From Pseudovirgaria hyperparasitica (Eukaryota): a DNA stretch of 64,000 nucleotides. The DNA lies in NCBI GenBank assembly GCA_010093815.1, contig ML996585.1, one strand, 5' to 3'. Of this stretch, positions 41,485-54,951 are shown in pieces (the stretch's first letter is position 1; each line of letters starts with the position of its first letter). Under the pieces are notes generated by a model. That model was not told the origin of the DNA, made no database searches, and saw nothing but the letters and a program-made list of their open reading frames with translations. Position numbers and translations under genes: made by a program.

Positions 41485-43095
41485 TTATAGTAGATATAGC
41501 TAAGTTATATATCTTAGTTCTATATTATTAAGTAGCTCTTACTACTAATAGAGTATTAAAACTAGAGATTATAGAAGTTATTACTATCTAGTATAATATT
41601 ATAGAGTAGTAATAACGCCTTACTATCTATATAGTATCTAGACTAGACTAGAATCTTATTCTTAGAAGTCTATAGCTCTACTAGGCTAGTACTATTATTA
41701 ATATATATATAAATAAAATTATACTTTACTATATCTATAGCCTTATAGTCTAGAATATAAATATCTATATATATCTAATAAGTATTTAGATTCTTATTAA
41801 GAAGGGCTATATTATTAGAGATCTAGAGACGGCTTAGTACTATAGATAAGTAGTTACTACTAGTATCTATAATATTATCTATCTTCTATAACTTATATTT
41901 CTCTAGTTATCTCTAGTATCTAACTAGAATATAACTAAGCTTATAGAGAATAGACGCCTATTTCTATTTAAGCTATATATCTACTATAATCTCTTTAATA
42001 AGATAAAGATATTAGTACTACTACTCTATAGAGAGAATACTAACTACTATATTTATATTAAGTCTATACTAGTAGAGATCTCTATAAACCTTCTCTAGAG
42101 ACCCCTCTATACTATATCTTAGAAATAACTTATAGAGCTCTACTACTAACTTATAGATCTTATAGATAAGGGATAGATATAGACTAGCTTCTTAGTAGCT
42201 AGAATACTAATATTTCTTATTTCTAAGCTAGAAGGGAAGTAGTAGCTATATATTAACTATAGAGCCCTTAATAGTATTATAGAGTAGAATTAATATCTAC
42301 TACTACTTATATATAAGACGCTATATACTATTAGTAATATATTATAGTTTAGTAAGGTAGATATCTAGGTAGTATTCTATAAACTATAGATTACTACTAG
42401 GGATAAATATAAGATAGCCTTTTATATCTAGTTTAGCCTCTTTAAATAGATAGTTCTCTCTTTTAGTCTCTCTAGTATTTCTATCTTCTTCTAGTACTAT
42501 ATTAATAGAGTACTAAGTAGGGTTCTAGGGGTTATCTATATAGTATATCTTAATAATATTCTTATCTATACCCTAGGTATATTAGAAGACTACTAGACTA
42601 CTATAAAGACTATTCTATCTCTTCTTATAAAGGCGGACCTTTACTATAACCTTACTAAATACTATTTTACTACTAAGAAGGTCTAGTACCTAGATTATAT
42701 TATTACTACTAGAGAGTTAATCTACTCTAATCTAAAGAAAATTATTATAATCTAGAACTAGAAGCCTCTAACTATAGTCTAGGGCGTCTAGTAGTTTATT
42801 AGATTTATAAACTTCTACTATAACTTTCTCTCTAACTTCTCTACTATAGTAGCTCTACTCTATACCCTTATTAAAGCTAGAATAGTCTTTTACTAGAGTC
42901 TAGCTAAGGACTATATATTTAATATACTAAAGAATACTTTTATTATAGGGCTAATTCTCTAGTTCTAGAATAAGATATATAATATAATAGTTAAGGTAGA
43001 TTACTCTAGATATATAATAGGTAGATATCTATTCTAAAAGGTTTAGAGTATTTAGTACCTGGTAGTCTACTATTCTATAGCCCTTACGGCCGCTT
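41485..43095 (+). pseudogene. pol: Family C protease/RT/start of RNase H relic
   Basis: De-RIP 'CIDYRALN', 'YPLPLI', 'VYLDDILIY' (~42542), 'VQQFIGFANFY'. Confidence 0.85.
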
Positions 43096-43808
43096 TATAA
43101 GAATAGAGTTATTAGATAGTAGTATAGTTAGATAGAATAATAGGGTATATTCTATTATAGAATAAATTACTACTAAACTCTTTTAGTAGGAATCTAAGAG
43201 TATATATATAAAGGGACGCTAATCTATCTAGTATATAATTATTTACCGCCCTTTATACTACCTTCTAACTATATTAGCTAAGATATATATAGATTAGGTT
43301 ATATCTAAGGCTAAGTTCTAATAATTATCCTCTTCCTTTAGGAAGCTACCCTTAGTAACCTAGATTATTATCTATCTCTATATTTCTATTCTAAGTCTTA
43401 TAAGACCTTAGTCGTTCTCTATACTTTATCTTAGATATTTACTAATATTTACTAATCTAAGATTTATATAAGTATTTTTCTAATAAACTAGATTTTATCT
43501 ATTCTAAATTCTTATATAGATAAGATTATCTAATTAGGCCTAGTATATCACGTAATATAATTAGGTAAGCCTAGGTACTATCTATATTAAAATCTTTTCT
43601 TAGAAATATTTCTTTCTTTAAAAAACTTCTTAACTCTTTATAGAGTTTTTTAGATTATTAGATATATTACCCGATCCTTATAGATATAGATTTATATAGA
43701 TTTACTATAATTTAGTATAATTTATATAATTTACTAATTTTTATACTATATTTAGCTAGTAATAATAATAATCTATAATAATCTATATAAATTAGTAATA
43801 ATTATAAT

Positions 43809-44790
43809 ATAGTTTTCTAAAATCTTAATACTCTAAAGTAATTAGTACAGAAATAGACACCTTTAAATAATCCCTATCTTATATATATTACTAATATATT
43901 AAAAGCTATTAATCTACTCTAACCTAGGCCAGACTCTAATAATCTAGCTATATATTATTATAGTTATTACTTTCTATTATATACTACTTACAGTAGTACT
44001 AAATCTATAATATATAGTACTTATATAACTAAGAAGCGTTATTACTTATAGGTATTTAAATAAGTTTAAAGAACTTTATATAGATTTACTTATATTAGTA
44101 TAGATTACTACTAGGCCTCTAGTAACCCCTACTAATAAGAAGCGTAGTACTACTAATTATAATACCTTAGAGAAGGCTTTCTATAAGCTATATATCTAAG
44201 GTAAGAGTTACGCCTAGAAGTACGATTCTAATATAATCTATAAGGATTTATTAGAATCTACTATAGCTATTATTACTATAATTACTAGGTAATATTCTTT
44301 TTCTTAAATCGTTATAGATTCTTACTAATATATATTAATCTCTATAATAGTACTAAAATCTCTACTACTTTAGACTTCTTTCTATATACTAGTAATATTA
44401 AAATTCCTAGAAAAGGTTCTAGTAAAAAGGCTAAGGTTCCTTTCTTATATATATCTAAGAGCTTTAAATTTAGAGAAGATAGCTCTAATCTAGAAATTTC
44501 TATACTAAAGGTATATAGTTCTATACTAATTATTAAATCTTTTTACTAATTTATATAATTCTTAGTATACTTATACTAGTCTATCTCTTTCTACTCTAGT
44601 TTCTACTACTCTATAGATTTCTATAGAGGAGTTTATAGCTACAAGACGCGCTATATAGAATTTATAGTATTAGAATAAAAGGCTAGAGACTTATATTATA
44701 AAGCTCTATACTATACTAAATAAGAACTAGTAGAAGGAATTAGATATAATTATCGCGGTAATTAGTACTTCTACTTCTACTCTAACTTAA
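43809..44790 (+). pseudogene. Antisense spliced accessory gene of D1
   Basis: Colinear with D3 57210-58191. Retains the GT donor directly after the CLQ codons (~44052). Confidence 0.72.
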
Positions 44791-45170
44791 TTAGTTTAGA
44801 TCTATACTAATTAATACTAATATATTTCTTTTATCTAGTATTTTTAGTTTTCGGTTTTAATTTTAAAGTAATCTTACTTCTTCTAGATAGATTAGTATAA
44901 GTTTATATAGATCTATATAGATATTTATATTTTCTTTTAGCTTTCTTAATTTTATCTTTCTTTAATAATAACTTCTTTAATCTCTTTAGTAATCTATACT
45001 AATCTATACTAATTAGTACCGATTTTTAATATCTATTTCTCTTAGTAAATTATTTTTCTAAGTCTCTTTTTTAGTTAAATTTTTTTTAAAGTTCTAAGTT
45101 TAAACTTTCTAAGGAAGTTCCTTAATTTCTTAGAATATTTTAAAGATCTATATCTCTTTTACCTTCTTCC

Positions 45171-45398
45171 TATTAGAACTTAGCCTTAGGTAGAACCCGA
45201 CCTGCACGTACCTTAGCTAACAGGGTTAGAAGGTGACGTGAAGGGCGGTAAATAGTCACGTACTAGATAGATCGGCGTCCCTTTATATATATACTCTCGG
45301 ATTCCTACCGAAAGGGTTTAGTAGTAATTCGTTCTATGATAGAATACACCCTATTATTCTATCTAACTATACTACTATCCAATAACCCTATTCTTACA
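45171..45398 (+). mobile_element. Solo LTR of family D, inserted in D1 in the opposite orientation
   Basis: Reverse complement of the D LTR. TSD CTTCC at 45166-45170 and 45399-45403. The empty site is visible in D3 at 58566-58575. Confidence 0.95.
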
Positions 45399-45574
45399 CT
45401 TCCTTTTAGGCGGCTATCCTTAGTACTAAACTATACTAAAAAATATTAGATTACTATACTTTAGTATAATTCTCTATAATTCTATAGCTTTCTTTACTAA
45501 TCGCTACTTATATACTAATATTACTACTTTACTAATATTTATTATAGATTTCTAAGTATCTTTATTAGAATTAT

Positions 45575-46176
45575 TGTAAGGAGGCGGGCTCTACGCACCA
45601 ACCAACTACACTAAAAGGACCGAATCTTAAAGCTACTGCTTCAAGGGTGGAGCACACTACTTATATACGACTACTACACATATGTATAATTAACTAGTAG
45701 GCACGTGCCTAATAATATCTCCCCTTTTTAAAGGCGCGTGCCCTTATACGTCGTGGGTATCTATCTTATAAAAGATAAACTAAACTAGCCATAATAGGCC
45801 TAGTATACGCGCTAGCCACACTAGGCCTAGCATAAACCATATATATATAATTGATATTTATAATGCCGCCTCTAGTACTAGACACGCTAACTTACTATAG
45901 TAACGTTACTACCATGTCATCCGTTACGTACATAAAGTACACGTGACGTGGTAAGCTAAACGGAATCATACGAAATTCAATAACGGTTGACTAGACCGAG
46001 AGTTAAACCCGTGACCCCGTAGTAGCTTTAAGATTATATAAGGAGGCGGGCTCTACGCACTAACTAACTATACTAAAAGGACCGAATCTTAAAGCTACTA
46101 CTTCAAGGGTGGAGCATACTACTTATATACGACTACTATATACATGTATAATTAACTAGTAGGCACGTGCCTAACA
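45575..46176 (-). mobile_element. TRIM-like non-autonomous LTR element E (602 bp)
   Basis: 140-bp LTRs at 45575-45714 and 46037-46176 with outer TG...CA. 322-bp interior without a supplied ORF. PPT complement TCTCCCCTTTTT at 45718-45729. Confidence 0.9.
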
Positions 46177-49100
46177 TCGCGCTTCTAGTATTAACTATAT
46201 CTTAACTAACTTAGCTTTATACTATACTCGCCTACCTATAGAGATTTTACTATTATTCTCTATAAGTTTATTAAGTAGTACTATAATTTAAAAGAAGTCT
46301 ATAGTAAAATTAAAATAATAGTTTATAAAATCTATAAACGGTCTAATTTAATATATAGTAGTAGGTTCTAGCTATTCTATAATAGTCTTTATATACTCTA
46401 GCTCTATTTTTAGGCCGCTATATATTATAATAAAGCTAAGAAACCTAACTTCTTATTAGTAAAACTTATATTTAGATAATTTTATATAGAGTTTATACTA
46501 CCTTAGACGATTTAGTACTAATTTTATATATTTCTTATAATTCTATATACTATTAGAGTAAATTAGTATATTATTAAGATAAACTATATAAATCACGTTA
46601 AGTAATTCTATAAGTATAGTATTAATATATTCTTAAAACGCTTCTAGTATATTTATAAGTCTAAATAGTATAATAGTATACTTAAAATAACTATATCTAG
46701 TCTAAAATATAGTTTTCTACTTATCTCCGTAACGAATTCAAAGCTAGTAATATATATCTTATAAATCTAGCTTTATAAAGTATTTTACCTTTATTAATTA
46801 GTCTAAAGATTTACTAACTAGTAGTAATAGATAATAATTCTTCTTAGTTACTATATTTAGTATCTAATAGTTAATATATAGATATAAACTTCTATCTTTC
46901 TTCTTTATAAAGAGAATAGATATACTAGCTAATAATATACTATAATATATCTAGTCTCTTCTAAGGTATTCTTTAATATATTTATAAAGAACTTTAAGTT
47001 CTAGTCTTAAAAGTAGATAAAGTAGACTATAAGGGACGTCTACTCTCTCTTTAAGCTTAATCTTTAGCTTATATAGTCCATAATTAGGGAGAAGTAACAC
47101 ATCTCCTACTAAAAATATATCTATATACTATAAATATATATTAGATAGCGTGTCTTTACCCTAATTATTACTATTATCCTTATCTTTATTAATGATTAAT
47201 AAGGACGTAAGATAGATTAGTAATAATTAGGTCTATATAGTAAGGTTCTATACCTCCTTACTAATAGTTACGACTTACTAGTATAGTTTACTATAGTATT
47301 ATTAGAATATTAATATCTTCTTCTAAAAATTAAGGATAGAGTTTAGATATCTAAGCTAAGGTATCCCTAGAATTATATTCTATTAGCTAATATTAGCTAC
47401 GATAAATTTATTAGATATCTACTATTTTATTATCTTTAAGTTATAAACTTTATAATTTATTATAGCTTTATCTAAAGTTCTAACTTTATATCTATTAACT
47501 ATAATAGTTTAGCTAACTTTACTAAAATTATATAATAATCTATACTCCTTTATAAGAATTAATAAAATATAGTTATCTTCTATACTAGTATCTATAAGGG
47601 TCTATATAGTTTTATTACTATTTACTATAGATAATAATACTTTTAGTAATATTAGGTCTTTACTTACCGGAAGGCGCTATAGCTCCTTCTAAGTATATAT
47701 AATTTAGCTAAGAACGCGGTTAGATCTTATATACTAGTCTATTCTTTTTTTAGATTCTTATAGTTAGATAAAATATATTCTATTTCTCTATACTTATAGT
47801 AATAAAGTATACTATAATTCTACTATTTTATAATAGATATTATATTTAAGTCTATATCTTATTCTTTTCTATATTAAGAAGTACTATCTTAATTATTTTA
47901 GTATCCTCTTAACGTATTTCTACCCCGATTTATACTCTTCTAGTACTAATTATAGTAAGGTTACTCTTAATTAAATATATTTAATTAATCTTATTTCTAA
48001 CCTATATAGGGTTTATTAGTTTTATCTAGAGAGTTATATTTATTAAGGATATAGTAGTATTTATTAGCTTTCTTCTCTAATTTATATAGATAGTTAAAAC
48101 TTAATAATACTATTTCTAGTCTTTTACGGATTAACGGAAGTAGTACTTTATAAAACTAGAATATATAAATATTTTTCTATAGCGTAGGGATATTATTCTA
48201 TAGGTTTTATAGGTATTATAGTAGTTAAGTAGATGTCTAGTTCGGTCGTTATACTACGCTTCTTAACTTAAATAGTATCTTTCTTTTATATTCTCCGTCC
48301 GTTCTAAGGGTATTTAGTATAAATATAGCTAAATATTCCTAGGTTATTATAGATAGTAGCTACGCTTCCTTCTATCTATTCTATTAATCGTGGGATTATA
48401 AGTCTAGGTATTATTCTCTAAATAAAATATATTATACTTTAGTAGAAAAGAGTAGAGAGTTATTAAGGAAGTACTTTTCGTAGTCTCTCTTCTAGTCTTT
48501 CTACTCCTTTTAGTTCTTCTCTATAAATATAGTTAGGTCTTTAGATTTTAGTATATCTAGAGAAGAAGTAGAGTAAATTAGTAACGAAGCGGCCGGGAGT
48601 ATAGTAGATTATTATAACTCTAATAGTAGGTAAATTAATTCCGTCTAAATTAGTATAGGAAGTCGTCTATCTACTATCGTTCTATATAGTTCTTTAAGAG
48701 ACTTCTTAAGTTCTTATCTCTTTATAAGAAGTTTCGTATATTCTATCTACTCTTTAAGAGTTTAAATCTCTTAAGTCTAATTCGCGATATATTTCTAAAG
48801 TTTAGTAATAGTTTATTATAATATCTCGTGTAGCTCTACTATAACTTATTATTTAGCTTTATATTATTAGAAGTTACTTAGTGTATCTACTATTTCTTTA
48901 TCTAAAAGCTCCGTAATTTAGTCTAATATCTCTACTTCTTAGTTAGAAACGGCTAGAATTAATACTAATTATAGAGGATCTCTATTATTTAATATAGTAT
49001 TACTTATCTCTATAGTAGATTATATTAACCTTCTTAGTTCTAGTTAGACTATCTTAACTATAGTACTATATAGAGAGTAATTTAAATATAAGAATAGGGT

Positions 49101-49319
49101 TATTAGATAGTAGTATAGTTAGATAGAATAATAGAGTATATTCTATTATAGAATAAATTACTACTAAACCCTTTTAGTAGAAATCTAAGAGTATATATAT
49201 AAAGGGACGCTAATCTATCTAGTACGTAATTATTTACCGCTCTTTATACTACCTTCTAACTATATTAGCTAAGGTATATATAGATTAGATTATATCTAAG
49301 GCTAAGTTCTAACACGCTT

Positions 49320-51290
49320 AGTAGAACTATATAATCTATAATAAGAAGCTTCTTATAGTAGTTTAGTATCTTTAAGTATAGAAATCTAAGCTCTAAAGTA
49401 TCTACCGCCCCTTTATAATCTATATAGACTATAAGAATCTTAAGTACTCTATTAAGTCTTATCTTCTTATTCTATAGTAGTAATAATAGTCTAACTAGCT
49501 TATACTATTTAACTATAATCTTATATACTAGCTAGAATTCTAGATAGTCTATCTAGATACTCTAAACTACTATAACTAGAACTTATCTAAGAAGTCTCTT
49601 CTAAGGGGATAGCTTATAACTCTATAGACTATTAGAATAGTACTAGTAAGTATCTACTCTAGAGAGTTCTACCTTCTCTAGAGATAAAATATCTTTACTA
49701 ATCTCTATCTCTAGAAGCTCTAGAACTAGACTATTTAGTTAGTCCTAGTATATTAGATCTACTATAGAGCTATAATAGATAGAGTATATCTCTTTCTACT
49801 AGAGGCGCTTACTACTAAATAGATTATAGACTATACTATATTAGTATATAGAATACTTATATAGTAGAGAGTTATTTAGATATCTAAGTAAAATCCCCTT
49901 ACTATAACTATTATCTAGAAGTTCTATACCTCCCCTCTTATAGACTACCCTAGTAAGAATAAGATATATATAGCTATTTAGTAGAAGTACTACTAGAAGT
50001 AGATATAGACTAATATCTAGTAGTTTATATAAAACTATAACTACTATAGAGTCTATATAAATTAATATAAGATCTCTAGCCTTCTCTAGTCTCTTCTAAT
50101 ACTAGACTAGTTCTAGTTCTAGATTTCTATAGACTTTCTAACTAATCTTCTCTAATTAAATATATTATAGCTCTACTATCTTTTTATTATTATAGACTAG
50201 CTCTTAAAGTTTATTTAGCTAGAGATAATAATCTTTATAGTAGCTAAGGACTATATTATATAGTTTTATAATATATAGTAGTATTTCTAGAGATTTCTTT
50301 AGTTAATAATTATAGACTAGGGCTTAGACTAGCTAGAGTAGTTCTAGATAATTCTATACTCTATAATAGATATATACTAGAATCTCTCTATAGTCTACTA
50401 TCTATGGATAGATAGTAGTACTAAGTATATAAACTAGAAGATATAGACTATACTATATATTATAGTAATCTTTAAGTAAACTAACTAGCCGGAATATCTT
50501 CTAGTATATTAGCTCGCCCTTAATAACTATATCTTATTAGTAACTAGTATAGTACTAAATTTACTCCTTAATAGATACTATATTAAACTATTACTATAAT
50601 AGCTACTCTCTAATATCTCTATAACCTTAGTAAAAGATTAGACTATAAATTTCCTTAAATACCTTTAGAATAGTACTACCTTAGCTTAAATAGCTATTAT
50701 CTAGACTAAGTAGCGCTTCTAAGACTTAGTAAACTAGTTATAATATCTAGCTAAGTATTTTAAGATTAGTAATATAGTATAGTTCTCTCTCTAGAATATA
50801 AAGACTAACTATCTAAGCTAGAAGCTTAACTAGCTATAGATAAAGTACTAGATTATAGTCTAATCTACCCCCTTAATAGTAACCCTTAACCTCCCTAGAG
50901 ACCTCTATAGAATAGTCTATATAAGTTTTATTAAGCGCGCTATAGAGAACTCTCTATCTAGCTAAGAGTAGCTTAATATCTATTTAGATCTAGCGCTTAA
51001 GCTTAACGAAGTAGATAAGAATATTATAGAGTATAAGATTAAGAATATTCTATATATAAAAAATATATAAGAGTAGAATAAGTAATAGATACTTATAAAG
51101 TAGAAAGATTAGTTATAACTAATATAGATTCTACTTAAGAACATAGAGAATACTAAGGTACTAGACTAGTTTAAGTCTAGATATAATAATACTTAATTAT
51201 ATAATAGTCTATAACTCTAATATATCTCTAAGTAGTAATATTACTCTACTATTATAGATCTATAATAGCTCTAATAACTAAATATAAGAG
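49320..51290 (+). pseudogene. pol: Family C RNase H/integrase/chromodomain relic
   Basis: 'NY.IYDKELL.VV', 'TDHKNL', 'ISMDF', 'GQ..YQVYKLE', 'YEVERLV' after de-RIP. End approximate. Confidence 0.75.
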
Positions 51291-51539
51291 TAGAGATTTA
51301 GAAAAAGAAAGAAATAAATACTAAATACTAGTATCTAGTATAATCTAATAATAAACTAATATCCGCCTTAAGATATAAAAAGGTTATTTATCTAGCTCTA
51401 CCCTAGGTTTATATAGTACTAGGGCTAGTACTATTCTTATCTATAAATTCTAATATAAGGTTAGTTATCTAGTTCTTCTCTAGACTATCTTCTAATAGTA
51501 GTAGTAGCTATTAATCTAGGCGGGTAGTAAGAATAAATT

Positions 51540-52960
51540 ATACTTATCTATAGAAAAATTATAGTAGAGATAGACTAATAACTAATAGTAGTATAATACT
51601 TAATAATTCTTATAGAAATAGTACTAATAGTTATATAAGTAATAATAATAGTTATATAAGTAATAATAATAGTTATATAACTAGTTATAATAGTTATATA
51701 ACTAATTATAATAGTAGAGAGACTAATTATAGTAGATAGGGGACTAGCTATAGTACTTATAGAACTAGAAGTAGTTATAGTAGTAAGGGAGGGTCTAGAG
51801 CTAATAGTAAGATAGTAAGAACTTATAAGAAGAGATAGTAATAGAGAGCTAGGGGGGCCTAGTAGCGTAATAGTAAGGGCTCTAAGTTAGTAACTTCTTA
51901 TAGTCTATAGACTAAGGTTAGCGTGAATAGCTACTATCTAATAAGGGCTTCTTATTCTCTATAACTATCTAAGTAATAAGATAGTAAGAGAGTAGCTCTA
52001 CTAGGCGGACTAATCTAGATATAACTTACTATATAGTACCCTATAATATATATTAGAATAGGTATTTAGACTTACTAAGCTTATATATCTATAGAGTACT
52101 AATACTAGTATATAGCTTATCTATCTAGGCCTTATTATAGAATATATACTAATTTATCTAGTAAATTATACTACTAATCTAGCTACGGTTACTACTACTA
52201 TAATATAGTAGCTTAAATAATATTATAGTACTATAATAAGGTATTATAGAAGTCTAACTAATAATACTAGTATTATAATATATAATATAGATAATCTCTA
52301 AGTTAGATTTATAGTCCTTATATAGATAGTAGAATTTAGAGTTTATATAAGGCTATTTACTAGATAAAGACTTAGTTAGATCTATACTATATATACTATA
52401 GTTAGTTATATAACTAAAGTTATTACTAACTAAATTATATATAAACTTCTCTAGGTAACTTTATATCTTATATAGAGCTAGATAAGTAGTAAGCTTCTTA
52501 GTATTCTATAAGTAGAACCCCTTTAACTTATAGTACTTTATATAGATAGTACTATAACTAGACTTATAGCTATACTTAAGAATTAGTAGATACTACTATA
52601 GTATAGAGATAGTATATACTTAAGAATACTAGTCTTTTCTAGTATCTTTATATATATATAATATATAAAATATATAGACTTAGTATACTTATTCTCTAAT
52701 AAGTCGCTCTCTACTATATATAGCTCTATATAGTATATAGACTTAGTCTATTAGAGAGTAATAGAAGGAATAATCTATTTAGTTAGTAATAGAGATAGTA
52801 TAGAGTTAAGATCTACTTATAGTATAGTTAGTATATTCCTAGCGTCTAGATATATAATTATTATTAGAGTCTTCGCCTCTAGTATCTATAGCTACTACTA
52901 TAATAGCGCTGGTTATAGATATAGATCTATTTAGACCTAGAGTACTTATAATAATATTTT
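51540..52960 (-). pseudogene. Probable antisense spliced accessory gene of family C (Cys6-like, low-complexity C-terminus)
   Basis: De-RIP 'MCCxCMK...|C...ICMKCHKLKGFCLQ' at ~52670-52505. Intron-like segments with GCTAAC...TAG at ~51955-51905. Very heavily mutated; ends approximate. Confidence 0.45.
51625..51712. repeat. 18-21-bp tandem repeat (TAATAGTTATATAAGTAATAA-like)
   Basis: About 4 units with lengths divisible by 3. Confidence 0.7.
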
Positions 52961-53281
52961 AGAAGCTATAAGTTATTATATAAGAAGGTTAAGAATATAA
53001 TAGCTACACTATAGTATTAAGATAATAGATATAGTAGTAGTTAATAATAAAGAAAGATTATTAGATAAGAGACCTCTAACTTATATTAGAGATAATTATA
53101 TAGACTAGGATAGAGCTAGTTCTAAAGCGGATAATAATAAATATATATAGACTCTAAGCTCTACTATATAACTCTACTAATACTAACTAGTAATTACCCC
53201 TTATAATAATATACTAGAACCCTAGTCTAGAGTTTATCTAATATAGATTATATATAAGCTACTCTACTATTATATAACCTC

Positions 53282-53605
53282 TATATTATAGTCTAGCTAC
53301 TAGATTATTATATAACTAAGTATACTATAGCGTAAGAAATCTACCCCCGCTATATAATTAGTATATTATAGCTATAAGATATAGCTACTAAGTAGCTATA
53401 TAACTAAGTATACCGTGGTATAAGGGATCTACCTCTACTATATAATTAGTATATTATAGCTATAAGATATAGCTACTAGATAGTTATATAACTAAGTATA
53501 CTATAGTAGAAGGGATCTATTCTACTATATAACTAGTATAATACTACTATAAGTACCGTATCTCTACTATATAACCGGTATATTATAGCTATAAGATATA
53601 GCTAT
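53282..53605. repeat. ~87-bp tandem repeat upstream of the C 3' LTR
   Basis: 'tatattatagctataagatatagcta' recurs at ~53362, 53449 and 53579, with a degenerate unit at ~53282. Confidence 0.75.
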
Positions 53606-54951
53606 TCTATATTTAAGTATCTAATAGATTTCTAATAAAACCTAGAAGGATAAGAGTATATTATAGACTTTAGATTTATCTTATCTCTAGTATTATATAA
53701 TAGAGCCGGAATAGATAAGACTAGTATAGGGGTATTACGTAATCTTACTTAATACTATACTTAAGCTATAATCTATATAGACTTATCTCTACTTCTTAAG
53801 TTAAATTATAATATATCTTAATTACTATTATAGTAATACCTTAGTTATATCTATTATACGTATAGTATATAAGTTGCTATCTAGAATAAGAAAGTACTTA
53901 TATAGGTCTAGTAAGCGTCTCTAAAGAATATTATTAATAAAATTAATAAATAGAAAGAAATATAGTTAAATATAGTTATAGCTAAACTTACTCTAGAAGG
54001 TATAGTACTAACTACTACTACTAATATAGTCTAGTAGACTATCTTCTATAACCTAAATATAATAAATAATATATTCTCTAGTACGTCTATCTATATAAAT
54101 ATATATCTAATCTAGATATATACTATCTCTATCTAGGGCTATATTATTAGAAATAATAATATTAAGTAAATAGAGTAATCTAATAACTAGAAGTACTCTA
54201 GAATTAAGATTATAAAGATATAGTAGAAAAATATATAGAGGATTAAGGTAAAATTAAAAAAAAAACTCTACTATAATAGTAGAGCTTAGAAACTCTATTC
54301 TTATCTATAGAATTATATAAGAAGACTTCTTAGCTAAAGAGAAACTACTTATAGTAGAACTATAGAATTAGATATAGATAATAATCTAATACTTTAACTA
54401 TTAAGAGTATAGATATACTAGATAGAGATACTCTTAAAAGACTATATATAGCTAGTATTATTAGAGCTATAGTATCTAGAAATACCTCTATAGAATCTAG
54501 GGTAATAGTATATATAATAGAGATACTACTAAGTACTCTAACTATAATAGAAGATATCTATTCTAGTTAGTAATATATATAAAATATAAGTAAGTTACTA
54601 AATATATTAATACTATAAAGATAAGAGGGGTAAGATAGATATAATAGACTATAAGGCCTCTACTAACTACTCTAACCTTACTATCTACTCTAACCTTATC
54701 TATAAATATATTAATCTATCTATAAGGGGGTAGTAATAATATATAATAGTATACTATATAGAGAAAGATAGGCTAACCTAGAGGTATACTTAAAGTAGCT
54801 ACTATATAAGGGTAATTATACCTTAATATAACTAGTATATAGGCTTAAGCTTTCTCTAACACCTAATAAGAAACTAGAATACTCTTATTATTATATAGGT
54901 AAATATATAATATAAATAAGAAAACTAGGTAGTACTTCTAGAGAAGATAGA

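Larger units (their letters stand above)
43096..49314 (-). mobile_element. Ty3/Gypsy family D copy D1 (integrase/RNase H deleted; hosts a solo LTR and element E)
   Basis: 228-bp LTRs at 43096-43323 and 49087-49314. TSD CGCTT at 43091-43095 and 49315-49319. PPT complement after the left LTR. RT on the minus strand. Confidence 0.93.
31772..53858 (+). mobile_element. Ty3/Gypsy element family C, complete but carrying nested A3 and D1
   Basis: 200-bp LTRs at 31772-31971 and 53659-53858. TSD CGTAT at 31767-31771 and 53859-53863. Purine tract before the 3' LTR. Confidence 0.93.
30995..54951 (+). mobile_element. Tad1-like LINE copy 2 (5' UTR, ORF1, start of ORF2), interrupted by C and then by D2
   Basis: 30995-31771 and 53864-54951 are colinear with 12380-14204. 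The sequence rejoins across the C TSD CGTAT. Confidence 0.9.

Noticed and set aside
53282..53605. CRISPR-like array
   Set aside because: Whole units repeat with no unique spacers, and the context is a eukaryotic transposon.
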